A stretch of 64,000 bases of DNA from Squalus acanthias (Eukaryota), in contig CM059438.1 in assembly GCA_030390025.1 (NCBI GenBank), positions 52,702,001 through 52,766,000 on the forward strand. Direction: 5' to 3'. The translations under genes and the position numbers were made by a program. Shown in pieces: positions 39,251-52,179 of the stretch; positions within the stretch are counted from its first letter, which is position 1, and each line of letters opens with the position of its first letter. The notes beneath the pieces are model-generated. The model was not told the origin of the DNA and did not search any database. It worked only from the letters and a program-made list of their open reading frames with translations.

Positions 39251-40440
39251 TTGCAAGATGTGGAATTGCATGATGTGGAAGTGCCCGGGGAGGTGATTCC
39301 AAAGTCTGGGAGGTGTAGGAGAGCACTATTCGCATTTGGAGCATTGGAGGAAATCTTGGCGTGTTGCAGCACTGGGAAGGCGATGCTGACCATGGCAATG
39401 GAGAGAGGGGCAGAGTGTGGCAACAAAGGGATGACAGTGGCAGAAGGTGGGAAAATTGCAGAGAGAGATGCTGAGTGGGGGAGGGTACTGGAATGGGGTT
39501 GTGGGTGTCACTAACAGAAGTATAATAATGGGGATTTTCTATGGGGTGGGGGGGTAACTGGGTGCTTTATGTTGGGGGGAAACAGGAGGTGAGCATGGGG
39601 GAAAATATGGTTACTCAGCACACGGAGGGCTCTGCAGATTTCTCAAAGAGTTCTTCAGTTACTTGGGGAAACTTGTATTTCAAATACAGATAAGCAATAA
39701 ATTTAAATCCAGGTTTCATTATGTCAAAGTTGGAGAAACCTTTCTCTCTCTCTGATCCACAACTGGCTCCTTCCCATTGCTCCCAGTCTTACAACCAGAC
39801 CCCAAGCTGGCCTCGAGGACAGGTGTCAAAGCCCAGAGTTCGGTCCTGACTGGGAAACCTGCATTTAAAATAAATTATCAGCTGTTTTTATTTTAAATAC
39901 AAGTTTCCCTCTTTCAACAAATTCCCCCTCACCACAATTCGACCTAAAGATGCGGTCCTCAGTCCACTTCCCCTCCACAATGCCAAAAGCCACATCTTGG
40001 CTGTTGCTGAAACCAGATACAAGTTCTTCAGCCCTTTCAATATCAATGTGTTGGTCTGGCTCCAATCATGACAGCTGCAAGAGCAATCAGGCAGGCAGCA
40101 TCAGACCAAAGGCTTGGCCTCAGCTGCTCCAAGACAGCTGATGCTGTGGACAACAGCAACATGTACCTTGGAGGCACAGCTAGGAGGTCTCAGCAGTAGC
40201 AACCCCATCTACCTTACGGTCCAAACTTGGTTGATTTAAATAAGTAAAATGAACAGATCAGTTTAATTGTGACAGACAGGCAAGACAGAAACACACACAC
40301 TTACAGGAAGTTGTACATATACAAGACTTATTATAGATACACACGACACTTTGAAGTGCAGTAGACACAAAAGTTTAGAATTTACCCTGTAGTCACCATA
40401 TTCTACACATTACACTTTGTCACTGATCAATCTTAATTGC

Positions 40441-40643
40441 TATTGGGAGCAGCAGCAAGAGCAGACCGACCAGTGAGGGAGCAGGCGAAGGAAGAGCGAG
40501 GAAATAAAGCGCGAGGCCCAGACCAAGCTATTGGGAGCAGCAGCGAGAGCGGACCGACCTGTGAGGGAGCAGGCGAAGGAAGAGCGAGGAAATAAAGCGC
40601 GAGGCCCAGACCGAGCTATTGGGAGCAGCAGCGAGAGCGGACT
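40441..40643 (+). repeat. 88-bp tandem monomers in the CR1 5' UTR (2.3 copies)
   Basis: TATTGGGAGCAGCAGC starts at 40441, 40529 and 40617. Confidence 0.9.
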
Positions 40644-43600
40644 GAAAGACAACATTCAAAAGTGACGTCAGAGATTAAAAGTGTCGTCGGCACAAGGGAA
40701 GCAGCTGATTGGGGAGTAGTGGGTGAGTGTTTTTTTTTAAGTTTAAAGCTTATTCTGTTAAGTTAGTTCTTAGTCTTTAAATAAAGGTTAGTACTTAGTC
40801 TTTTAAATAGTCTGTTAGATAAAGGGATGACAGGAATGGCAGGGCAGCTCAGTCTAGCGGAGTGCACATCCTGCAGCGTGTGGAAAGTCATGGACGCTTC
40901 GCGTTGCATGGATGACTACATGTGCAGTAAGTATCAGCAGCTGCAACGACTCGAGCGATGGTTTACAGAGCTTGAGCGGCGACTGGAGTCACTGTGGTGC
41001 ATCCGCGAGGCTGAGAACTACGTGGATAGCACGTTTAGTGAGGTGGTCACCCCGCAGCCTAAGAGAGAGCGGACAGAGAGCAAGTGGGTAACCACCAGAC
41101 AGAAGACGACCAGGCAGGCAGTGCAGGAGGCCCCGGAGGGCATCTCGCTCTCCAACCGGCATTCTATTCTGAGTACTGGTGGGGGCGATGGTCCCTCGGA
41201 GGAGTGCAGTCATAGCCAAGTCCTCGGCACCAAGGGTGGCTCCGCTGCACAGGGGGGGGAGGAAAAATAGTGGAAGAGCAATAGTGGTAGGGGATTCAAT
41301 AGTGAGGGGAGCAGACAAGCGTTTCTGCGGCCACAGACGTGACTCCAGGATGGTATGTTGCCTCCCTGGTGCCAGGGACAATGATGTCACCGAACGGCTG
41401 CAGAGCATTCTGGGGGGAGAGGGTGAACAGCCAGAGGTCGTGGTCCATATCGGTACCAATGACATAGGTAGAAAGAGGGATGAGGTCCTGCAGGCAGAGT
41501 TTAGGGAGCTAGGAGTCAGATTAAAAAACAGGACCTCAAAAGGTAGTAATCTCCGGATTACTCCCTGTGCCACGTGCTAGTGAGTCCAGAAATAGGAGGA
41601 TAGAGCAAATTAATGTGTGGCTTGAAGGATGCTGCAGGAGGGAGGGCTTTAGATTCCTGAGGCATTGGGACCGTTTCTGGGGGAGGTAGGACCTCTACAA
41701 GACGGACGGGTTGCACCTCAACAGAGCCGGGACCAATATCCTCGCAGGGGGGTTTGCTAGTGCTGTTGGGGAGGGTTTAAACTAGCTTGGCAGGGGGATG
41801 GGAACCTAAGAATAAAGTGATAGGGAGGGAAGAAAAACTGGAATTGGAAAACAAACGTAGAAAGTAAATTGGAAGGACAGAGGAATCAAGGGCTAGATAG
41901 TAGTCAACAAGGAGGTTTGCCTGTACTAAATGGGATATACTTCAATGCAAGGAGTATAGCGAACAAGGCAGATGAGCTGAGGGCACAGGTAGATACTTGG
42001 GACTATGATATTATAGCTATTAGAGACGTGGCTGAAAGAGGGGCAGGTATGGCAGCTCAACATTCCTGGTTACAGGATTTTCAGACGGGATAGAGAGGGA
42101 GGATAAAAGGGAGGGGAGGGGGTCACGGTATTGATTAAAGAAACTATTACAGCTGTGAGGAGGGATGATATGTTGGAGGGATCATCAAACGAGGCCATAT
42201 GGGTCGAATTGAAAAACAAAAAAAGGGCGATCACACTGCTGGGAGTGTACTACAGACCCCCAAACAGTGAGAGGGAGATAAAAGAGCAAATATGTAGACA
42301 AATTTCTGAGAAGTGCAAAAACTATAGGGCAGTAATAGTAGGGGATTTCAACTACCCCAATATTAACTGGGATAAAATTAGTGTGAAGGGTATAGAAGGT
42401 GCGGAATTCCTAAAATGCATCCAGGAGAACTTTTTTAGTCAGTATGTAGCAAGACCAACAAGGGAGGGGGCGGTTCTGGACTTAGTTTTGGAGAATGAAG
42501 CTGGGCAGGTAGAAGGCGTATCAGTGGGGGAGCATTTTGGTGCTAGTGACCATAATTCTGTTAGATTTAAGGTAGTTATGGAAAAAGACAAGGGTAGACC
42601 AGGAATAAAAATTCTAAATTGGGGAAAAGCAAATTTTGCTAAGCTCAGAGGGGATTTAGCCATAGTGGACTGGAAACAGCTACTTGAAGGTAAATCAGTG
42701 TCAGAGCAGTGGGAGGCATTCAAGGAGGAGATCCGGAGGGTTCAGACCAAATATGTGCCCTTAAAGAAAAAAGGTGGGACTAACAAAGCTAGAACCCCCT
42801 GGATGTCTAGAGACATACAGGGTAGGATAAAGAAAAAAAGGGAGGCGTATGACAGATATCGAGGGCTAAATACTGCAGAATCTTTAGAGGAGTACAAAAA
42901 GTGCAGGGGTGCAATTAAAAAGGATATTAGGAAAGCAAAGAGAGAGCATGAAAAATTCTTGGCACGTAAAATCAAGGCAAGCCCAAAGATGTTTTATAAA
43001 TATATTAAGAGTAAGAGGATAACTAAAGAAAGGGTAGGGCCTATTAGAGATCATGAGGGTAATCTGTGTGTGGAGGCAGGAGATGTCGGTAGGGTTCTTA
43101 ATGAATACTTTGCATCTGTTTTCACAAAGGAGGGGCGAAGCAGACATTGCTATCACTGGGGAGGTGTGTGAAATATTAGATGAAATAAACATAGTGAGAG
43201 AGGAAGTATTAAAGGGTTTAGCAGCTTTAAAAGTGGATAAATCCCCAGGCCCGGATTAAATGTATCCCAGGCTGTTAAGCGAAGCAAAAGAGGAAATAGC
43301 AGAGGCCCTGACAATTGTTTTCCAATCCTCTCTGGCTTCAGGTGTGGTACTGGAGGACTGCTAATGTGGTACCCTTGTTTAAAAAGGGAGAAAAGGATAG
43401 ACCGAGTAATTACAGGCCAGTCAACCTAACCTTGGTGGTGGGAAAATTATTGGAACGAATTCTGAAGGACAGGATAAATCTTCATTTAGAAAGACATGGA
43501 TTAATCAAGGATAGTCAGCATGGATTTGTTAACGGAAGATCATGTCTGACAAACTTGATTGCATTTTTTGAGGCGGTAACAAGGAGGGTAGATGAGGGTA

Positions 43601-44800
43601 GTGCGTTTGATGTAATGTATATGGACTTTAGCAAGGCTTTTGATAAGGTACCACATGGCAGACTGGTCACGAAGTTAAAAGCCCATGGGATCCAGGGCAA
43701 AGTGTCAAGTTGGATTCAAAACTGGCTCGGAGGCAGGAAGCAGAGGGTAATGGTTGATGGGTGTTTTTGTGACTGGAAGGCTGTTTCCAGTGGGGTTCCG
43801 CAGGGCTCAGTACTAGGTCCCTTGCTTTTTGTGGTATTTATCAATGATCTAGACTTGAATATAGCGGGTATGATTAAGAAGTTTGCAGATGATACTAAAA
43901 TCGGCTGTGTGGTTGATCCTGAAGAAGGAAGCTGTAGACTGCAGGAAGATATCAATAAATTGGTCAGGTGGGCAGAACAGTGGCAAATGAAATTCAATCC
44001 GGAGAAGTGTGAGGTAATGCATTTGGAGAGGGCTAACAAGGAAAGGGAATACACATTAAATGGTAGGACACTGAGTAGTGTAGAGGAACAAAGGGACCTT
44101 GGAGTGCATGTCCACAGATCCCTGAAGGTAGCAGGCCAGGTAGATAAGGTGGTTAAGAAGGCAAACGGAATGCTTGCCTTTATTAGCCGTGGCATAGAAT
44201 ACAAGAGCAGGGGGGGGTTATGCTTCAACTGTATAAAACACTAGTTAGGCCTCAGCTAGAGTACTGCGTGCAGTTCTGGTCACCACATTACAGGAAAGAT
44301 GTGATTGCACTAGAGAGGGTACAGAGGAGATTTACGAGGATGTTGCCGGGAGTAGAGAATCTTAGCTATGAGGACAGACTGGATAGGCTGGGTTTGTTTT
44401 CCTTGGAACAGAGGAGGCTGAGGGGAGACCTTATTGAGGTGTATAAAATTATAAGGGGCCTAGATAAAGTGGATAGAAAGGACCTATTTCCCTTAGCAGA
44501 GGGGTCAAAAACCAGGGGGCACAGATTTAAAGTAATTGGTGGAAGGTTTAGAGGGGATTTGAGGGGAAATTTCTTCACCCAGAGGGTTGTGGGGGTCTGG
44601 AACTCACTGCCTGAAAGGGTGGTAGAGGCAGGAACCCTAACCACATTTAAAAAGTACTTGGATGTGCACTTGTTATGCTGTAACCTGCAGGGCTACGGAC
44701 CAAGAGCTGGGAAGTGGGATTAGGCTGGATAGCTCTTTGTTGGCCGGTGCGGACACGATGGGCCGAAATGGCCACCTTCCGTGCTGTAACTTTCTATGAT
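40441..44800 (+). mobile_element. Full-length CR1 LINE (ORF1 zinc-finger/coiled-coil + SGNH esterase; ORF2 APE-RT), frameshifted, antisense in PPM1K-like intron 1
   Basis: ORF1 40827-~41820 (CTSCSVW, VVGDSIVR, CLPGA, VHIGTND, DGLHL); ORF2 ~41930-44723 (YFNARSI, YRPPN, GDFN, FADD); tail TTCTATGAT; flanks TTAATTGC/TTAATGC. Confidence 0.93.
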
Positions 44801-45589
44801 TTAATGCAGTCATTTCATCCTGGACCCTGAAACTTGCAAGTAATTTACTGACTCCTTCATTGATTTGAAGAATGTAGAGGCAACCAGATTTCTTACGAGT
44901 AATTGAGCAGTGGTCTAAAAACAGACATGTTGGGCTAGAAGCTAAACATAATCGTGCTGCAGACTACCCATTACAGAAGTTTCATTAAAATAAGTATTTT
45001 TTTAAATATATATCAGACCAGCCAGGTGAGGTTAAAAGAATTGCTCGATTGAGTCATATTTTCAAAGTCAAGCAGATGAACATCACATTCAGAAAAATAG
45101 ACCAAAACAATTTATTATGACAAACAACCAGCTGAGCAGCTCAGCCCATTTGTGCAGGGCAACGCTGCCTTTAACCTCACTTGACAAATCTTCAAGGTCT
45201 GATGACCAACTCACAAAACTGCAAGTCTACTATTAATATTCCACTCACTGTTTCTATTTACAGAAATCTCTACAACATAAGACAGTTTCGATTCCACGCC
45301 AGGAGGACTCAGAGGGATCTGCATCATTAACATTAAACCCACTTTTGACCAGACATCTCACTCCAATTCTCCCCAGTTTGGACAGCTTTGGTAAATTATT
45401 TCCCTGAGACTTTGGGAGAACAAGACGTGGGACAATTAGCAGTGACAGCTTCCCACTGCCTGTTCACCTGAGCCATTGGTCTCTTTCTGACCTGCATTGT
45501 ATTCCCAGTATACTGCGAGCCTCAGCCCACGATGGCAGCTCCCCCTCTCCACCCCCACATTCCTCTCCCCTCCCTCCGAGCAACGGCAC

Positions 45590-48120
45590 CCCCTCGGGGC
45601 ACTGCCCCCCCCTCTCTCCCCCCTCCGGGCACTGCCCCCCCCTCTCTCCCCCCTCCGGGCACTGCCCCCCCCTCTCTCCCCCCTCCGGGCACTGCCCCCC
45701 CCTCTCTCCCCCCTCCGGGCACTGCCCCCCCCTCCGGGCACTGCCCCCCCCCTCTCCCCACTCCGGGCACTGCCCCCCCCCTCTCTCCCCCCTCAGGGCA
45801 CTGCCCCCCCCCCCTCTCTCCCCCCTCAGGGCACTGCCCCCCACCCCCCTCTCTCCCCCCTCAAGGCACTGCCCCCCACCCCCTCTCCTCCCCCCTCGGG
45901 GCACTGCCCCCCCCTCTCTCCCCCCTCCGGGCACTGCCCCCCCCTCCGGGCACTGCCCCCCCCCCTCTCCCCACTCCGGGCACTGCCCCCCCCCCTCTCT
46001 CCCCCCTCAGGGCACTGCCCCCCACCCCCTCTCTCCCCCCTCAAGGCACTGCCCCCCACCCCCTCTCTCCCCCCTCCGGGCACTGCCCCCCCCTCCGGGC
46101 ACTGCCCCCCCCCCTCTCCCCACTCCGGGCACTGCCCCCCCCCCCCTCTCTCCCCCCTCAGGGCACTGCCCCCCACCCCCTCTCTCCCCCCTCAAGGCAC
46201 TGCCCCCCACCCCCTCTCTCCCCCCTCAGGGCACTGCCCCCCACCCCCTCTCTCCCCCCTCAGGGCACTGCCCCCCACCCCCTCTCTCCCCCCTCCGGGC
46301 ACTGCCCCCCCCTCTCTCCCCCCTCCGGGCACTGCCCCCCCCCCCTCTCTCCCCCCTCCGGGCACTGCCCCCCCCCTCCGGGCACTGCCCCCTCCCCTCT
46401 CCCCCCCCTCCGGGCACTGCCCCCCCCCTCCGGGCACTGCCCCCTCCCCTCTCCCCCCACTCCGGGCACTGCCCCCTCCCCCACTCCGGGCACTGCCCCC
46501 TCCCCTCTCCCCCCACTCCGGGCACTGCCCCCTCCCCTCTCCCCCCACTCCGGGCACTGCCCCCTCCCCTCTCCCCCCACTCCGGGCACTGCCCCCTCCC
46601 CTCTCCCCCCACTCCGGGCACTGCCCCCTCCCCTCTCCCCCCACTCCGGGCACTGCCCCCTCCCCTCTCCCCCCACTCCGGGCACTGCCCCCTCCCCTCT
46701 CCCCCCACTCCGGGCACTGCCCCCTCCCCTCTCCCCCCACTCCGGGCACTGCCCTCTCCCCCCACTCCGGGCACTGCCCTCTCCCCCCACTCCGGGCACT
46801 GCCCCCTCCCCTCTCCCCCCACTCCGGGCACTGCCCCCTCTCCTCTCCCCCCACTCCGGGCACTGCCCCCCCTCTCCTCTCCCCCCACTCCGGGCACTGC
46901 CCCCCCTCTCCTCTCCCCCCACTCCGGGCACTGCCCCCCCTCTCCTCTCCCCCCACTCCGGGCACTGCCCCCCCTCTCCTCTCCCCCCACTCCGGGCACT
47001 GCCCCCCCTCTCCTCTCCCCCCACTCCGGGCACTGCCCCCCCCTCTCTCCCCCCTCCGGGCACTGCCCCCCCCCCCTCTCTCCCCCCTCCGGGCACTGCC
47101 CCCCCCCTCCGGGCACTGCCCCCTCCCCTCTCCCCCCCCTCCGGGCACTGCCCCCCCCCCCTCCGGGCACTGCCCCCTCCCCTCTCTCCCCCCACTCCGG
47201 CACTGCCCCCTCCCCCACTCCGGGCACTGCCCCCTCCCCTCTCCCCCCACTCCGGGCACTGCCCCCTCCCCTCTCCCCCCACTCCGGGCACTGCCCCCTC
47301 CCCTCTCCCCCCACTCCGGGCACTGCCCCCTCCCCTCTCCCCCCCACTCCGGGCACTGCCCCCTCCCCTCTCCCCCCACTCCGGGCACTGCCCCCTCCCC
47401 TCTCCCCCCACTCCGGGCACTGCCCCCTCCCCTCTCCCCCCACTCCGGGCACTGCCCCCTCCCCTCTCCCCCCACTTCCGGGCACTGCCCTCTCCCCCCA
47501 CTCCGGGCACTGCCCTCTCCCCCCACTCCGGGCACTGCCCCCTCCCCTCTCTCCCCACTCCGGGCACTGCCCCCTCTCCTCTCCCCCCACTCCGGGCACT
47601 GCCCCCCCTCTCCTCTCCCCCACTCCGGCACTGCCCCCCCTCTCCTCTCCCCCCACTCCGGGCACTGCCCCCCCTCTCCTCTCCCCCCACTCCGGGCACT
47701 GCCCCCCCCTCTCCTCTCCCCCCACTCCGGGCACTGCCCCCCCTCTCCTCTCCCCCCACTCCGGGCACTGCCCCCCCCCCTCTCCTCTCCCCCCACTCCG
47801 GGCACTGCCCCCCCCCCCTCCCTCTCCCCCCACTCCGGGCACTGCCCCCCCCCCCCCCCCCCCCTCCCTCTCCCTCTCCCCCCCCTCCCTCTCCCCTCTC
47901 CCCCCACTCCGGGCACTGCTCTCTCCCCTCCCCTCTCCGGGCACTGCCCCCTCCCCTCTCCCCCCACTCCGGGCACTGCCCCCTCCCCTCTCCCCCCACT
48001 CCGGGCCCTCCCCTCTCCCCTCTCTCCGGGCCCTCCCCTCTCCCCGGGCCCTCCCCTCTCCCCGGGCACTGCCCCCCCCCACCCCTCAGGGCACTGCCTC
48101 TCCTCTCACCCCCCGGGGCA
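45590..48120. repeat. C-rich minisatellite, ~30-bp unit CCGGGCACTGCCCCCTCCCCTCTCCCCCCACT (~2.5 kb)
   Basis: Near-invariant core GGGCACTGCCC with variable C tracts; extreme GC skew. Confidence 0.95.
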
Positions 48121-48560
48121 CGGCCCCTCCAGGACAGACGCGGCCCCAGTGGGGAGTCGGTCCTCAGACCTGAAGCCCGGTAATTTGCCGTCACCAACTG
48201 ACGGTCCCCGAGACTCCGACCCCCCGGACACGGTTTATAATTTAAACTCCCGCTCCGGGTGAGCGTTTTATTTGCGGCGCGGAATCGACACATTCACAAA
48301 AAGCCAAACTCACCCAAAGCGTGTTTTTGTTTTTTGTTTTATTTTTTTACCCCCGCAGCGACTGGCACAAAAAAAGCGGTTGTCCGAGCGCCCGGCACCG
48401 AGCATGCGCGGGACTCACTCTTATACCCGGCCGCGGAGCGATACCGCGCGGAGCCTGCTCACGGTTGCTGACAAAGCCCGGAGCCGGAGCCAGAGCCGGT
48501 GGATCGGATCTCCGCTATTGCAGCACTCGCAAATTGCTCTTTTGCTGCGATCATTCAACA
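48120..48560 (-). promoter_or_regulatory. CpG island / probable promoter and non-coding exon 1 (~48540-48419) of the PPM1K-like gene
   Basis: CpG-dense non-repeat sequence; donor AGA|GTGAGT at 48418; NRF1-like GAGCATGCGC near 48401; ARE-like TGACAAAGC near 48469; PPM1K has a non-coding first exon. Confidence 0.55.
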
Positions 48561-48860
48561 AAAAACTGTAACTTAACAAAAATACATCAAATGAAACTTA
48601 ACAAATTAAATTAAAATTTGGTTTCCAGGGGTGATGAAGCACTCCAGTCCCTGCGGTGCCCGCCGGTCGCGGAAGGCCTCGAGCACCGCGTGCTCCGTCT
48701 CCAGGGCCACCCAGGCACGATCGTGGCCGCGGAGGAAAGACAGGCAGTCGGGCCGAACGACCCCCACGACTGCCCGCTGCCTGCACCAGTTGATGGTCAC
48801 TTTGGCCAGGCCCAGTGGCAGTCCCACGAGGAGGTCCCCCAATCTGCCCGCTTCGCAGGC
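48555..48860 (-). mobile_element. Tx1/L1-clade LINE 3' fragment
   Basis: DLLVGLPLGLAKVTIN..RQRAV...DCLSFLRG...LETEHAV..AFRDR.APQGL C-terminus followed by a T-rich 3' UTR. Confidence 0.7.
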
Positions 48861-48920
48861 TGTCATAGAGGCACAAAAGGAGGTCATTCGACCCATCGAG
48901 TCCGTGCCGGCTCTCTGTAG

Positions 48921-50328
48921 AACAATGTGGAAAACTGCCCAGGTATGTCCTGTCCACAAAAAGCAGGACAAATCCAACCCGGCCAATTACCGCCCCATCA
49001 GTCTACTCTCAATCATCAGCAAAGTGATGGAAGGTGTCATCGACAGTGCTATCAAGCGGCACTTACCCACCAAGACCACTCGGCTCCCGACCTCATTACA
49101 ACCTTGGTCCAAACATGGACAAAAGAGCTGAATTCCGGAGGTGAGGTGAGAGTGACTGCCCTTGACATTAAGGCAGCATTTGACCGAGTGTGGCATCAAG
49201 GAGCCCTAGTAAAACTGAAGTCAATGGGAATCAGGGGGAAATCTCTCCACTGGCTGAAGTCATACCTAGCACAAAGGAAGATGGTTGTGGTGGTTGAAGG
49301 TCAATCATCACAGCCCCAGGACATCACTGCAGGAGTTCCTCAGGCCAGTGTCCTCGGCCCAACCATTTTCAGCTGCTTCATCAATGACCTTCCATCCAAC
49401 ATAAGGTCAGAAATGGGGATGTTCGCTGATGACTGCACAGTGTTCAGTGCCATTCACAACTCCTCAGAAAATGAAGCAGTCCATGCCCGCATGCAACAAG
49501 ACCTGGACGACGTTCAGGCTTGGGCTGATAAGTGGCAGGTAGCATTCGCGCCACAGAAGTGCCAGGCAATGACTATCTCCAACGAGCGAGAGTCTAACCA
49601 CCACCCCATGACATTCAACGGCATTACCATTGCCGAATCCCCCACCATCAACATCCTTGGGGGCACCATTGACCAGAAACTTAACTGGACCAGCCACATA
49701 AATACTGTGGCAACAAGAGCAGGTCAGAAGCTAGGTATTCTGCGGCGAGTGTCTCACCTCCTGACTCCCCAAAAGCCTTTCCACCATCTACAAGGCACAA
49801 GTAAGGAGTGTGATGGAATACTCTCCATTTGCCTGGATGAGTGTAGCTCCAACAACACTCAAGAAGCTCGACACCATCCAGGACAAAGCTGCCCGCTTAA
49901 TTGGCACCCCATTCACCACCTTAAACATTCACTCCCTCCACCACCGGCGTACTGTGGCTGCAGTGTGTACCATCTACAAGATGCACTGCAGCAACTCGCC
50001 ATGACTTCTTCGACAGCACCTCCCAAACCCGCGACCTCTTCCACCTAGAAGGACAAGGGCAGCAGGCGCATGGGAACACCACCACCTCCAAGTTCCCCTC
50101 CAAGTCACACACCATCCTGACTTAGAAGTATATTGCCGATCCTTCATCGTCGCTGGGTCAAAATCCTGGAACTCCCTACCCAACAGCACTGGGAATACCA
50201 TCACCACATGGACTGCAGCGGTTCAAGAAGGCGGCTCACCACCACCTTCTCAAGGGCAATTCGGGATGTGCAATAAATGTTGGCCTTGCCAGCGACGCCC
50301 ACATCCCATAAACGAATTTAAAAAAAAA
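48921..50328 (+). mobile_element. 5'-truncated copy of the tRNA-headed LINE family
   Basis: Highly similar to 35385-36800 (YRPISLLS, ALDIKAAFDRVWH, MFADD), A-tail; inserted in a CR1 tail relic. Confidence 0.9.
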
Positions 50329-50419
50329 TCCAGTCAGTCCCATTCCCCCGCTCTATCCCCGTAGCCCTGCAAGTTTATTTCCCTTAAGTGCCCTCGTCTG
50401 CTTCTGACCGTTACTGTTT

Positions 50420-50740
50420 CAGGAACATAACCTCCTCCAGCCCTACATCCTCCGAGATATCCGCGTTCCTCCAATTCTGGCCTCTTGCGCATCCCCGATT
50501 TCCATCGCTCCACCATTGGCGGCCGTGCCTTCTGCTCTTCAATTCCCTCCCTAAACCTCTCCGCCTCTTTCCTCCTTTAAGATGCTCCATAAAACCTACC
50601 TCTTTGATCAAGCTTTTGGTCACCTGTCCTAATATCTCCTTATGTGGCTCAGTGTCAAATTTTGTTTTAGAACGTTCCTCTGAAGCACCTTGGGACGTTT
50701 TACTACTTTAAAGGCGCTGTATAAATACAAGTTGTTGCTG
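50420..50740 (+). mobile_element. L2 3' fragment
   Basis: Matches the 3' end of 22217-22868 including the ACAAGTTGTTG tail. Confidence 0.8.
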
Positions 50741-51470
50741 TTACCGACTTCTGGCCCTTGTTGCCAGGTTACTGCCCTGGCGCTCAAATAACACTAGTGT
50801 TCTCTTTAAAGACAATCGCCCGCGGGCGCATACACCCAGTCCCGTTAAACCGACATGGGGCACAGTGACCCGACGAGGGACGAGCTAAACACTGCGTCCC
50901 CCCCTCACATGGGAAATAGAACTGGTACCTTACTGGGAACTGCGATGGCAGCCAGCAATGGGTAACAAACGTATCTGATTTTGAAGATGATCTCAGTGTG
51001 ATGCATCGCCTCTTAAAACATCTCAGCAAGCAGCCAGGAGGCCATTACAATTGATGCCCTTTTAGAGGTCAATTTAGGTAGTTAATTATGTTGACTGACT
51101 CAATGCATAATAGTTAGAGTTAAAGATCAAAACAATTATTGCAAAACATCAGAAAGTATACTCCCCCTCAAAACTCAAAAAGTTCCTCGACTACAGCTGG
51201 GATATTCCCACTGATCTGTCACAAGAAAAGCTTGTACTTTTTGTTCTCTTGATGGTGTGGGCTGAAGGGTGGGAGGAGGCTCGTGTGGACCATAAACACC
51301 AGCATGCACCCGGGCTGAATGGCCTGTTTCTGTGCTGTAAATACTATATGACAAAAGATATTATTTCCTAGACTAAAAGTCTACAGTTGCAGATGGGAGT
51401 TGGGGGTCGTTTAAAAGCCGATAGGATTGGCTTTGGGTAGAGCAATGAAAGTAGAGAGGTCGATACTTAC

Positions 51471-51829
51471 CTGAGGGTCGATCTTGTCAGAAACGAGTTT
51501 ATGCGGCTCCGGGAGAGATTGGTTGACGGTCTTCTCCAAGTGAAGGGCGCACCTCATCGCTTCGAGACCATTGCTCCGCTCATCCCGGCCAGGTTTCTAG
51601 GGAAGAGATTAGATTAGACCACAAGTAAAAAACAAACACTGAACAAAGAGAGAGACAGAGAGAGCCAGGAAGATGTATCGGGGCTGGGAACCCATTTCTT
51701 GCACTAATCAAAATATCCTGAAGAATGACATGGCTGGTTCTGGAATTTCATCAGTTTCTCCACATGTTCCCGCTCCTCGTGGGACTGATCCTGATTCAGC
51801 ACAACATCATCCTGGTCAGAATAGGCAGA
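51471..51829 (-). pseudogene. fth1-like (pseudo): Unprocessed ferritin heavy/middle-subunit pseudogene fragment (exon 2 ~51829-51709, exon 3 51596-51471)
   Basis: SAYSDQDDVVLNQDQSHEEREHVEKLMKFQNQ..VILQDI; 126-nt exon [42 protein letters not shown] with AG/GTAAGT sites; deletion, frameshift and lost splice sites in exon 2. Confidence 0.9.
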
Positions 51830-52179
51830 TTGACAAAAAAGAGGAAAATATACAGAGAAGTCAGGGAGATCTGGAACCAGCTTCTAAGCGCCCTAGAGAA
51901 GGCAACAGTCTCCCTTACGCAATCCTGAGGCTCTGGTGAGAAAGGATAGGCAGTTGGAATCAGTCATTTCAGTTACCCCCAGGAGCCGGTGCTGCCTTTC
52001 GATGATAGTAGTGAATTTGTTGCGCATGCGCAAATCGCCGCATGTTTTTTCACACACGTGCAAATCAGCGAATAAATTGGACGGCTCTTTCAAAGAGACG
52101 GCACAGGCACAATGGGCCGAATGACCTCCTTCTGTGCTGTAAGATTCTATGATTCTATTCCAAGATTCTATCTGCCCTC

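Noticed and set aside
45436..48293. 600-920-aa Pro-rich / Gly-rich ORFs (formin-, extensin- or collagen-like)
   Set aside because: Open in nearly all frames because the C-rich minisatellite lacks stop codons; no domain or splice support
51900..52035. Ferritin exon 1 / iron-responsive element
   Set aside because: No SQVRQNY-like coding sequence or CAGUGN hairpin recognised; the TGCGCATGCGCA palindrome lies in a MITE-like fragment
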